Assembly: GCA_030704615.1 (NCBI GenBank)
Contig: CM060733.1
Span: 50,964,001 to 51,028,000, forward strand
Length of the DNA stretch: 64,000 nucleotides
Direction of reading: 5' to 3'
Source of the DNA: Takakia lepidozioides
Taxonomy: Eukaryota; Plantae; Bryophyta
Both the position numbers and the translations under genes were made by a program. Below the pieces are notes generated by a model. That model was not told the DNA's origin. It saw nothing but the letters and a program-made list of their open reading frames with translations, and ran no database searches. Positions within the stretch are counted from its first letter, which is position 1. Every line of letters begins with the position of its first letter. Below are positions 12,701 through 24,800 of this stretch, piece after piece.

Positions 12701-15700
12701 TAGTACCAAGAGGACTGATTTACCTTCAGAGAGGGGGACGTGCGCAAAGAGAACCCAGAACCATACCTCCAAAGACGTGATAGCTCAAGGAAAAATGCTT
12801 ATCCTCCTAACCTAACAAAGGGCGCAGGGCACAACAAAAAGACTATGCTTTTGGGGAAACCCCTAAATCTGGAGGTGGGGAAACGTATGCAAACAGACAT
12901 GACCTCAACTAGGTTGTCACGGTTAAAGAAGGAAGAAGTAGTAAGGGAACAGACCCGTCGGATAAAGGGAGAAAATTCTGTCTCACAATTGCTGCACTTG
13001 GACACTGCCTCGTCAGGAACCTGCAAACATCTCCAAGCGAAAGTTGCAAAACAAGCAGTGGTTCGACAGAAGGAAAATTCCAAATGGGATCACTTCATTC
13101 AAGTCAAACCCATCTTCTCTGATATATCATCTAGTATCAAAAGTAGCTATACTTTCCACAAGCACAGTCCATGTTACAAAGCCAAGGCTGAGATCATCAG
13201 AAGAAGATGGTAAGACTGGATACCCAATGCTGCTTCTCCTCTTGGCTAACAGGTCTACCCCGAATAGAGACCCAGTCCACAATGGAGTTCTTCCGTTGCA
13301 TGTTGGGGTCTGTTGCTGTGCTGGTACTTCCAGATGCTTTGCTCGCATCGCTGGGTGTATCTTTGCCGACCATCTCACACAGCTGCCCCCATACCACCCA
13401 AGAAACACCACGCTAAAGCATGACTGACAAACTATACAACCCACCTTTGTACCCATAGTTAGATTGTTTTCTAGCACATCCCATCCATAAGCTAGCTACA
13501 GTATGATGAACAAATCCTCCTCCTGTCAACCAAAGTACTGGTTATCTGCTTGAAAACACAAAACAGACAGATCCAAAACCAAGTGGGCAATAGAAAAACC
13601 TGGACACATGCAGCCGTGAGAGTGTCAAGGATAGAAGTGGTGGTGTATGTGCTGGACTGCAGGCGTATGGTCCGCTGCTCCACATCCACTGCACTTTTGG
13701 CCCAAAATGTGAACACTGAAGGCTCGTTCACCTGTCTTACCAGAACCACAAATCCCAGCCCCAATCAGTGTCTAACACTTATTTATTCTATCTCCCTCCT
13801 TTTCTGACTAGAGAATGTAGAGCTACCAGGCTGATCAACGATACATAGTCAACTCACTTTTACAGGCCCCTTTCCACATTGTGTAGTTACCATTTCCTAC
13901 TCAAAGGCTGCGTTGAACGAGAAAAGATTGTACTCATAAGACATTGTTTGCCGTAGCCTTGTGGCCATTGACCCGCGCCCAGTTTGAACGGAACATATAG
14001 GGACAGAAACTACCTTTGTCAGGGGCTGACGCCGGTAGTATGATTTACCTTGGAATAAACAGTGGATCCGAGATTTCCAGATATCCTCCAGAAATCCCTT
14101 CACACAAGCATCAATCTGATGTGTGTAATTTGCCCAATAGCTAGACCCCAAAAGGGCCTGAGCTTTTGGCTCAGCCTCAAGATTTTCGAAGTTGTTAAAC
14201 AGAGGTACAGGCACAATTTCCTTGATGGAATTGAAGAGGGTGCCCCGTTGGTGAGAATACCCAGGACAATGAATCAGGAAGTGAATACTGTCTTCAGGTT
14301 GCCCACACAACAGGCACTTACAATCCCCCTTTCCTCTCTGCAACTGTTTCTTGTTCAAAGGTAGGCTACCCGCCCTGAGTTTGAATTTCAGTCTAGTGCC
14401 GAGGGTAGGTAGACCCTTGAGGTCATCCATGATGGCCTCACCCATGTCACAGACTGGAAAGAGGTTCAGGGAAGTTTTCTGCCTAACTTCATTTTCTTCA
14501 GACAATTTCCTGGCAATAGACATGGCTTCGGAAACTTCAGCTTCTAAGCCAGATTGAACGAGAAAAGAGAAGAAATGCAACTATAATAGTACCTCCCAGC
14601 GGGTAATTGTTTCTAAGGGGTATATGCGCAGTGTCCTGTTTGTGCTGGGGTCCACCATCCTCACACCATCCAAGCCTATCTGCAGCAAAATAAATATCGA
14701 AGGAAGGGTTAACCATAAGGTCCCATGACATTTCTCCCCACCCTGGTTCCAAACATGATGAATGTCCTGACTCCTCACAAGACATGGCCCATGATTGAAT
14801 GGGGGCCAACTGATCCTGATTGTTGCACCACCGCAGTGGTATAACACAATCGCTAAAGACGGACAGACTTTATTTCTGCAGCAATTGCAAAACCTCACTG
14901 CTTGCACCTGAGTTCAGACTTCACCCATCAATATTGAGATGAACCCAGCCACTAAACCATCATGACACATAAAGAGGAAAACCTATATCACAACTGCAAC
15001 AGGTTTTGCCACATGCTCAGATTTATCAAACACAAACATATTGTGTGTCTCAAAATCTTGTCAATACGTCAAAAGCAGCTTGCACACAAGTGTTCACACC
15101 TCAGGGGCAGCACCAGGGCTGTGAACTGCCAAACCAGAGGACACCTTCCTTCATTTGCCTCTTCATTTTAAAAAAATCGCCACCACTACACTCGAACATA
15201 ATTAGTCATTGTAGACATGATACCTGGCAAATGACATCCTTGGGGCCCGAAGAGCTCATATCAGGAAGCATCTTCACCCGATATTTTTGTACCCCTCCTC
15301 CTGTGTCATCAGTATCAGCCTTTGGAATCACCCTAGCCAATTTTGATCCTCCTGAATCTCCAAAGCTCCCACCCACAGATCCATTCAAGCTTCCAGAATG
15401 CCCTAAACTCCATGAACTTCCCACAGTTCCCCGCGACCCATAGGGCTCTGGACCCCGTCCGCCATCATATGCATAAACCTCCGTAAATCCTCCGCTCTCA
15501 TACCCAGAATTGTCATACCCTCTGTCCCCACCGACTCCAATCCCCCTGTCAAACCCATCTTGCTGGGACTCCATTCCCCCTCTATCATACCCCCTTCCTT
15601 GATTATACACCCCACCACCTTGGTGTTGCTCATACCCTACTTGTCTCCCTTGCCCAGCACCTTGTTCATACCCCGCTACTTGCAGAGGTGGTGCACCATA

Positions 15701-16528
15701 ACCTGGGCCTCCTTGTGAACCTCCGCTGCCATAACTTTGCAGCCCACCACCGTAATTCCCATTTCCATAAGCCGGGGCGCTTCCTGTTCCATACCCAGGG
15801 GACTGGGAAGGAGGGGCAGAAGAAGGTGGAGTAGACATAGTTCCTGTCGAATATTCAAAAGATCTATCATAAGACGGGACTGCAGGCGTATATGATGGAG
15901 CGGCAGGGGCATAGGACCCTTGTGAAGCAGCATACGAGGAGTTAGGGTTATGTGAAGGATCCGAAGGAAAGGCGGTATCTTGTGAGGCTGTGAAGGCAGC
16001 GGGAGAAGGCAAAGTGGGCGAGTACCCTACAGACTTGGGCGCATAGGACCCTTTCGAAGCAGCATACGATGCAGGATCTGAAGACGGAAAGGAGGAATCT
16101 TGTGCGGCTGTGAAGGCAACGGGATTAGAGGGGCCGGTTGAGTACCCAACAGAATTGGGCACATAGGACCCTTGCGAGGGAGCATAAGATGAAGGATCTG
16201 AAGACGGAAAGGCGGGAGTAGGGAGGCTGGTTGAGTACCCACCAGAATTGGGCACATAGGACCCTTTCGAGGCAGCATAAGCTGAAGGATCTGAAGACGG
16301 AAAGCCCAGAGGAGGAGCGACCGAGTACCCTACAGAATTGTAAGCCGGAGGAGCTCCAGATGTATACGAAGTGGGAGAGGGAGAATAACTAGGAGCCGAG
16401 CCATGAGGTGCCGAAGCAGGTGCACCAGCCCCATACAAATTCGCGTACTCAGACACTAAAGCCTGAGGAGCTTGGGCAGGGGCCGTGTAGGTTCCCTCTC
16501 CGCCCCCATAGCGCCCCGCTTGCTGCAT
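9780..16528 (-). CDS. FREE1: FREE1/FYVE1, FYVE-domain ESCRT-associated protein, 9 exons
   Basis: Exons 16528-15224 (MQQ..., P/S/Y/G-rich, ending VQKYRVKML...DVICQ), 14679-14593 (IGLDGVRMVDPSTNRTLRIYPLETITRWE), 13731-13600, 13382-13224, 13020-12955 (VPDEAVSKCSNC), 12468-12358 (HHCRNCGDIFCDKC...RVCDRC, FYVE), 11992-11903, 10369-10046, 9857-9780 (VQVPSFGTETVECGICQHPFLVSAN*). Confidence 0.95.
13928..14553 (-). mobile_element. 5'-truncated non-LTR retrotransposon ((TC)n-tailed family) in FREE1 intron 2
   Basis: Open frame [13 protein letters not shown]...[20 protein letters not shown] (LINE ORF2 C-terminal Cys/His motif). 15-bp TSD ttgaacgagaaaaga at 13913-13927 and 14554-14568. Confidence 0.9.
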
Positions 16529-16866
16529 CTCGCTCTCCAACTTTCCCCCTTGCCTCTAATTCCTCTCCCACTCTTGAATCACAGAATCCCCGAAGCAATC
16601 CCTCTCAAGTTCTTCCACATCTGCGAATTGGGTGACGATCCAAACGCTTGCAGGCGGTGCAACCATGCAAGATTCTAACCAGTGCCTGAACGACTAAACG
16701 ACTAAACGACTAATCTTGTAATGATCTTAGACCGTTAGATCATGAGAATCTAGGGCTGATCCAAGAACCTTTTACACCATGCTTGCAGTCTGCTCTTCTC
16801 GGTCTCTGTTTGGCAAGGCGATCCTCGCAGGGCATCCTCCGATCTGCAATCTACTGGTGCTGAGCT
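16529..16866. promoter_or_regulatory. Compact divergent promoter and 5'UTR region between FREE1 and PBC
   Basis: The head-to-head start codons are ~340 bp apart. Contains a 3x aacgacta repeat at ~16690-16713. Confidence 0.6.
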
Positions 16867-17158
16867 ATGTCGGTATGTCTGAAACCCCGAGGGAGAAGTC
16901 ATCTGTCTGCTTCAGTGATGGTCATATATGAAAGTCATAGCGGTGCTTCTGAAAATCTCTCTCTTTTATGCTAGTCACTGATTGCTGTCCATAGTTTGAT
17001 CCGATCTGCATTCTACTGGTGCTGAGCTATGTGGGTATGTCTGAAACCCCGAGGGATAAGTCATCTGTCTGCTTCAGTGTTGGTCATATATGAAAGTCGT
17101 AGTGGTGCTTTCTGAAAATCTGTCTGTTTTATGCTAGTCACTGATTGCTGTCCATAGT
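16838..17158 (+). repeat. ~162-bp tandem duplication spanning the PBC start micro-exon
   Basis: tccgatctgca...gagctATGtcgGTATGT...ctgtccatagt starts at 16838; a second copy starts at 17000 with ATGtggGTATGT. Confidence 0.92.
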
Positions 17159-20009
17159 CTAGTGGATCAAATCAAACCTGGGCCTCCTATGTATTTGTAG
17201 TAGACCTGTGGCAAACCATTGACTGGAGGTTTGTGATTTTTGATGGGAGACAGATAACGAGCTACAATGGGAGTGCCTTGATTGGCATGGTAGGCAAGAA
17301 CTGTTTTGCCATAGCCAGTGACCGCCGCCTTGGTGTGAACTTTCAAACAATTGCCTGTGATTTTCAGCGGATTTTCAAGATGCATGATAAGCTGTACATT
17401 GGCCTCTCTGGCCTTGCTACTGATGTCCAGACTATGTAAGCAGCATCTTTTCCTTTGTGAAGTTTGCTACTGTGAGAGAGGGAGACAGTGAAAGTTTGAG
17501 AAATGTGCTGATGGTCTGTCCACTGCAAGGCAGAATTGAGGGTATAATCCCCACGTAATGTCAGTCCTCCTGGAGCTGGTTGTGATGCTGAACGTGATGG
17601 GATGATGATGTAGGCAACAAAGACTGCAGTTCCGGCACAAGCTGTACAAGCTGCGGGAGGAGCGCAACATGCGGCCGGAGACCTTTGCCAACCTTGTTTC
17701 TGCAATGCTGTATGAGAAGAGGTAACCAATTTTACGTCAAGCAGTGCAGAGGAAGGGAAGAGAAGATGTTCTGACTAGACATGGCTTGCGGTAGTCTTGT
17801 GTCGGAAGTCCTTCCAGTGGGCACGTCCAAGGAAATTGTCCTTGCCTAAGTTGTATGGACAGGAAAGGAGTGGGGAGGGCAGAGAGTCAATCCAGGTGTA
17901 ATGAAGCTGAGAGTGGGCTTGTGGATGATGCAGATTTGGACCATACTTTTGTGAACCTATCATAGCAGGGCTTAGGGATGATGGGACTCCCTTCATTTGC
18001 ACCACTGACTTGATTGGGGCCAAGTAATGCCTCTTTACCCGTGCTTGTACTGCTCTATCTTTCCATTGAATTATTGTTCTTTCCTGCCAGGTACACTATC
18101 TCACAGGCTCTCTTCCTATCTCTCTCCCTCTCTTCCCACACAAGTGACAGGCCACGCAACATATAGACCAGTTTTCTAAAATGAGGGATTGATATGGCAG
18201 GCAAATGTCAAAGGACTTCGTGGTATCAGGAACGGCCTCTGAGTCTCTCTATGGTGCTTGTGAGTCCATGTATAAACCTAACTTGGTATGCACGCCTTTC
18301 CCTCATTCCTTTCTTTCATGTTTGGCATCTATATTTCCGAGGGGCAACAAAAACAGCACGGGAATCCACACGTTTTATTGTATGATATTAATACTGGCCC
18401 TTCAAGTATCCTTCAAGTATCTCCTATTACTGGACTGCTGTCAGCTGTGCCCAATCGCTGTGGCCTTTTCAGCTGGATTTTGTAGCTTGGTGGGTTAAGT
18501 TGTTCTTGGTTCCTTCTATCTGGTTGGTATTGTGCCCTTAAGGTTAGGTTCCTTGTGAACTATCATGAATACATCTTTCATTGGTAGTATGCATGGTGTA
18601 TGTTGGGGTCTTAAGTGTGGTTGCCTTTTTTCCTGGAAGAGATGTAGAAAGGAATGCAAGTCAGCTAAACATGTCTCATTATGCTTATCAGGAAGCTGAG
18701 GAGCTCTTTGAGACCATATCACAAGCACTGTTGTCGTCCGTGGATCGGGACTGCATCAGTGGGTGGGGAGGGATTGTCTATATTGTGTAAGCTGCTCTCC
18801 TTGAGCTATTTCTCTCTTGGAGATGTCTGGTCTCTCCCTCTCTCTCTCTCTTTCTCTCTCTCTCGGAGGCTGAGCCAAAAGCCCAGGTCCTTTTGGGGCC
18901 TAGTTATTGCGCAAGTCACACACAGCAGATTGATGCTTGTGTTAAGGGATTTCTAGAGGATATCCGGAAAACTCGGATCAATTGTCTGTTCCAAGGTAAG
19001 TCATACTACCGGCATCAGCCCCTGACAGTTTCTGTCCCTTTGTGTTCCGCTCAAACTGGGCGCAGGGTTAGTGGCCACAAGGCAACGGCAAACAACATCT
19101 TATGAGTACATTCTCTCTCTCTCGGCACTAGACTGAAATTTGAACTCAGGGCCGGAAGCCTACCTTTGAACAGCAAACAGACGCAGAGAGGAAAGGGGGA
19201 TTGTTAAGTGCCCATTGTGTGGCCAACCTGAAGACTATCCACTTCCTGATTCGTTGTCCTGGGTACTCTCACCAGAGAGACACCCCGAACAATTCCATCA
19301 AGGGAATTGTTCCTGTACCTCTGTTCACCACCTTTGTGGCTAAGCCTAAAAGCCCAGGCCCTTCTGGGATCTAGTTATTGGGCAAATCTCACACAGCAGA
19401 TTGATGATTGTGTGAAGGGATTTCTAGAGGATATCTGGAAAACTCAGATCAATTGCATGTTTCAAGGTAAGTAATACTACCGGCGTCGGCCCCTGACGAA
19501 GGTAGTTTCTGTCCCTTTGTGTTCCGCTCAAACTGGGCGCAGGGTGAGTGGCCCCAAAGGCTACGGCAAACGTCTTAAGAGTACTTTCTCTCATATCACA
19601 TCCAAAGGTTGTTGCTCAAAGGGAATGAAAAGTGTACAAAATAAAATACTTTACATTTTGTATTGGAAGCGGAAGTTGTAGATGAGGCTTTATTGTAAAT
19701 CTAAGTTCAGTGAAGCCGAGTGAAGCCACTATTGGCAAGACTCCTTTCTGGGGTGAGGATCTCTTGATCCAAATCAACCCGAAACACTGTGCATGGTGGC
19801 CCCTTCATAGTAGAGTATCTGAATTAGAAGGAACCTGCACAAATCATATAACAAGTCTTCATATAACAAGGGAATGTCCTTGTACAGACGACTAGTAATT
19901 GAAGGTATGCACAGGAGGCACTAATTAATGTTATGTGGGCATTGTCCGGGGCATTTGCAGAACACCTGACCAAGTCATCACCCGCACTTTGAAGGGCCGC
20001 ATGGATTGA
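16867..20009 (+). CDS. PBC1: 20S proteasome subunit beta type-3, 7 exons
   Basis: Micro-exon ATGTCG at 16867-16872, then 17254-17435 ([27 protein letters not shown]), 17614-17721, 17934-18023 ([13 protein letters not shown]), 18201-18286, 18692-18786 ([23 protein letters not shown]), 19961-20009 (...TLKGRMD*). Confidence 0.95.
18865..19591 (+). mobile_element. Two head-to-tail 3' fragments of the (TC)n-tailed LINE in PBC intron 6
   Basis: Preceded by (TC)n at 18830-18864. Copy 1 ends tatgagtacattctctctctctc (~19122) and copy 2 ends gagtactttctctc (~19591). Both are homologous to 13928-14553. Confidence 0.88.
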
Positions 20010-20454
20010 GACCTGTTATGACCCTGTTGTAGTTGTTTTTGACACGGGCTACATTGCAAGAGCAAAAGCTGCAAGTTAAACAAAATCTTCAACTTTGTTG
20101 ATACAGTCAGGTTTTGTTCTCATCCCTTCCTCTCAAGGTGGAAAAAGAGATAGATTCTCTTTATGTTGGAATTTTTCTTTAGAGGGTGAGTCAATGGACC
20201 ATTTGATCTTGAAGCCAAATCATTCCATCTTTTTGTTGCTTATGATGCGACCACAATAAATTGAATGGCGCACAAAGATAACATTCAGGATTTTTCACTA
20301 CCAGGTTTGATTCATTTGCAGTGAAGTACGGAAAGTGTTGTGTGTTCAACTATCGTAGAGAGAGAGATTCATAAGGCTCCCTGAACTGTTTGGGGGCTTG
20401 GGTATAGCAGCACAGTGCATTCAATTGTAGGTGCATTCTTTCTCTCTCTCTCTG

Positions 20455-20502
20455 CCTCCACAAGGCCATGGCAAGGAACATCTTTTGAGTACATTCTCTC
20501 TC
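20455..20502 (+). mobile_element. ~45-bp terminal fragment of the (TC)n-tailed LINE embedded in (TC)n
   Basis: ccacaaggccatggcaaggaacatcttttgagtacattctctctct, flanked on both sides by TC repeats. Confidence 0.7.
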
Positions 20503-21599
20503 TATTCCCTTGCCCAAACTTGGCATGGACTTGGATCTCCCCATCATAATTACGGGTGGTGATTCTTTGATCCAAGTACCAACTTAATCATTCAGACGCG
20601 TAACCTCTCAGATTAATCAAGGAACCCTCTCAAAGAACCTTCAGAGACACAACAAAGCATCAAGGCACCAGTATGCTCATGGGGCTTATCAAATACAACC
20701 ACCTCTATAATTCTTTACCATTAAAGACCTTGGCTAAGTGAGCCTAGGTGCCACTTATCTTCTCTCTCACTCAAATCTTTTACTGCCCTCTGTTCATTTT
20801 AAGAATGCAGTGAGTTCCAGGGCAGCTCCAGGCTCCAATGATGACCTAGTCATGATGAACATCACAGGAATGCGTTCAGCATATGCTGATCGTTGTGAAA
20901 TGAAAACCCTTGTACGCATGCATTACCAAGACCCCAGCCTATCCTCTAGAGAAAGCTAAAGAGACGACAAAGCCAGAGCCCCAATGATACCCAGTGATAT
21001 TTTTCTGGTTCCCCTCTTCTATCATTACAACAGGTGATGAGTCCAGTACCCAGCATCAACAATGACATCTGAGTCCCTCCAAGGCCATTCTCACTTCACC
21101 AAATACTCCACATCACAATCTCTCTCCAGTCATGAGATCCTCCACCAGGTATATGTCTTTCATATACCCTTAAGGGTAGGTAAAATTTGCTGTGCAATGC
21201 TCAAATCCTCTTTGAACTTCATTGCAGGGGGGGTGTAGAAAAAACTCCCCCAAAATGCCATAAGTTACCAAAGTGATGTGGAAGAAACCCAAGAGACCAA
21301 CAAGAAGTGGCATGCTAAACAGAGGCATGAAGCCCCTACCAAAAGGGGCGTGAGGGGATTGTATTCCAGTACCACATTCAACAGACCAGCATGACAATAC
21401 TTTTTTTTTTTTCAAAATTACAGCAAAGAAAACAAAAGAAGGAAATAGATAAGTCAATTTGTGTGTGGTCATACTACTTCCATTGTTTGAAGGAAAAAAA
21501 CCCTCCATTGATAGAAGGAAAGAATACTAAAATTGACATTTGTTAGTGTTCAGATTAGTTTGTATACATTGCCCAAATGCGGGGGGCAACTTTCAACCT

Positions 21600-21860
21600 C
21601 TGCCATTTGCTCACAAAAGCAAGGACAGACTATCACCACACACCCAAAGTCTCTTGTTGATACAGAACAGTTGTCCCACGGATGAGCCCAAAAGCAATGC
21701 CCAGCTTCTGTCTGTGGTGGCAAAGAGAAAATTCCTTTTTCTCCTCCAAAGTATGCAGTACAAAGTGCATATCAGACACATATCTGGCAAACTTCATCTG
21801 CACTGACAATCAGATCTTCGGCTCGGTGTGGATTTCCTCAATTGTGGATGCAATTGTTGT
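21600..21860 (-). pseudogene. Decayed E+/DYW deaminase-domain remnant downstream of the PPR stop codon
   Basis: Frameshifted translation gives IEEIHTEPKI*LSVQMKFARYVSDMHFVLHTLEE / LCHHRQKLGIAFGLI / INKRLWVCGDS / AFVSK. These follow the DYW consensus order (GYVPD..FVLH; HSEKLAIAFGLI; KNLRVCGDCH; KFISK). Confidence 0.8.
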
Positions 21861-24800
21861 CTACAAGGGATGTATATTTACACAGTTCTCGACCTGAACG
21901 CAGCAGCAACCTGGCTCCTGTCTGACACCTCTATCCTTCATTATTTGTCTCATCTTTGTAGTGTCATCCCACCTGCCAGCTGCAGCATAGATATTTGATA
22001 ATAGCACATAGGGTGTGGCGTCCTGTGGATTGCACTTGAGAAGGCATTTTGCTGCTCGTTCTGCCACCTCCACATTGCCATGAATTCTGCAGGAACCAAG
22101 CAAGGCCCCCCACAACGCAGCATGGGGTTCAATTGGCATTTTCTTAATGAAGTCCTCTGCGTCATCCAATAGCCCTGCCCGGCCAACAAGGTTCACCAAG
22201 CAACCAAAATGCTCCTGTGTAGGAGTGAGGCCGTGATCTTGACTCATGGAATCGAAGTAGTGACAGCCTTCATCCACAAGACCCACATGGCTACATGCAG
22301 ACAGAAGACATATGAAGGTGACACCATCCGGCTTCAAGCCTTCCTGTTGCATTTGTTCGAACAGTTGCAGCGCTTCTATACCACACCCATGCTGAGCATA
22401 TCCTGCAATCATCGCATTGCATGACACCACATTGTGTTGTGCCATGTTGTCAAATACTTGACGTGCATCCTTCATGCTCCCACATTTGGCATACATGTCA
22501 GCAAGGGCAGTCTCCAGAATGGTATCTCGTACAATTCCAGCTTTGATGAGGTCAGCGTGGACCTCTCTGCCCTTTTCAGGGACTGCCAAGTTGGCACAAG
22601 CCTTGAGAACGCAGATGAACGTTACCCTGTTGGGTGATATCCCTTCTTGTATCATTTGCTCATACGTCTCCAAAGCATCCCTACAACACCTATTTTGAGC
22701 ATATCCTGCAATCATTGCATTCCATGAGACCACATCACGCTTAGCCATACTGTCAAACACTTGACGAGAATCCTTCACGCTTTCGCATTTAGCATACATG
22801 TCCAGCAGGGTATTGTCAAGGATAATATCTGGGACAATTCCAGCTTTGAGGATGTCAGCATGGACCTGTATTCCCTTTTCCAGGACTTGCAGGCTAGCAC
22901 ATGCCTTGAGAACACAAATGAAGGTGACCCTGTTGGGTGTCACCCCTTCTTGTATCATTTGCTCATAGATCTCTAAAGCCTCCCTACCACACCCATGCTT
23001 GGCATATCCTGCCATCATTGTTGTCCATGTAAACACTGTTCTGTTAAGCATTTTGTCAAACACTTGGCGTGCATCCACCATACTTCCACACTTGGCATAC
23101 AGGTTAACAAGGGTGTTGAGGAGAAGCATGTTCGGCTTGAATCTACTTTGCATAATGTGTGCATGCACCTGCTTAGCCATGTTATTGAACACTTGCCGTG
23201 CATCTTTCATGCTCCTGTATTTAGCATACATGTCCACGAGGGCATTCTCCAGGTTCATATCTGGGGCAATTAAAGCATTGCTGAAATCAGCATGGATGTC
23301 TATGTCCTTTATGAGGGCTGCCAGACTGGCACATGCCTTGAGAACACACATGAACGTGACAGTGTTGGGCAATACCCCTTCCTGTAGCATTTGCTCAAAG
23401 GTCTCCAAAGCCTCTTTACCACATCCATTCTGAGCATATCCCGCAACCATCGCACTCCAAGAGACGACATTTCGTTGAGCCATACTGTTGAACACTTGAC
23501 GTGCAGTCTTCATGCTGCCACATTTGGCATACATGTCAACAAGCGCAGTCTCCAAAACGATATCTGGTGCAACTCCAGCTTTGATGATGGCTGCATGGAC
23601 CTCTATGCCCTTTTCCAGGACTGCCAGGCTGGCACAAGCCTTGAGAGCACAAATGAAGGTGACCCTGTTAGGTATTACCCCTTCACGTATCATCTGCTCA
23701 TAGATCTCTAAGGCCTCCCTACCACGCCCATGCTTGGCATATCCTGCCATCATTGTAGTCCACGTAGATACATCTCGTTCAGGCATTTTGTCAAACACTC
23801 GGTGTGCATCCACCACACTTCCACACTTGGCATACATGTTAATGATGGTGTTGAGCACAAAGATGTTTGGCTTGAATCCACTTTGAAGGATGTGGGAGTG
23901 CACCTGCTTTCCCTCTGCTAGGCCATTCATCTTGATGCACTCCTGCAAAAGACAAAGATACGTGTTGCAGTCTGCCTCAATGCCTCCTTCATTCAAAATG
24001 TGCAGCGCGTCTTCTAGTTGTCCTGCCTTACATAATGTCATCACATCCCCACAACTGCCAGAACAGTTCTTGTTGCCTCCTTCTCTTGGCGCTCTTTCAA
24101 AATCAGTGGTTGTGGTGGAGGTGTACGATTCCGGCGAGTGTGCCTCATTCAACCCCATCCTGCATGATGCAGCTTGTTATGTACTACAACAATCAAACTC
24201 ACAGACTGTAAACCTCCTAAATACTCCAAATGTCACCAGAATGGGCTCCCAGCTATTTACCAAGAGTGATTTTGTGCTGGTTACCCTTCCATGTCACCAT
24301 GGAGGTGCATGTGCTTCTATTCATGGATGATCAAGAACCACTTCTGATAACTGTGTTCACATTCAGACTGGAAAAAATTAGACATACAACATACCCATTG
24401 TGTGTAACCTCCTCTTCACCCGCAACAGAACTTTTCTGCTCCAATTCTTTCTAACAGGAGAGAAACAACTGTGCTTCATCAAACATAAGAACTATGCTGC
24501 TTGGACTATGCAATAAGTGCTCATTGTCTCCCTTGTGAGAATAACTTAGCAGACCATGCAACTCACACAAAAATCAGAACCCTGGGAGGTCAGAATTATT
24601 AAGGAGAAGGGACTATGTTACCGGAAGCGTCGTCCGGACAATCCCCCTCCACCTGGACTTGGGCCCGCAGAGTTTTTCCTGGCTGCGTCCAGTTTCTCCA
24701 ATTCACGATCTTCCCATGCAGGAATTTTGTCTCTGTCAATCGACCGTGCGTCGCTGGTACTCTTCAGCTTGAAATCGGGTGCTCTAGGATGGATCTGCAC

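Noticed and set aside
13897-14580. 227-aa ORF as a host gene nested in FREE1
   Set aside because: It is the LINE ORF2 C-terminus, bounded by a TSD.
21950-24330. Many antisense and alternate-frame ORFs over the PPR exon (and similarly over the kinase, SNU114 and Copia)
   Set aside because: These are shadow ORFs of real coding sequence with no independent motifs.
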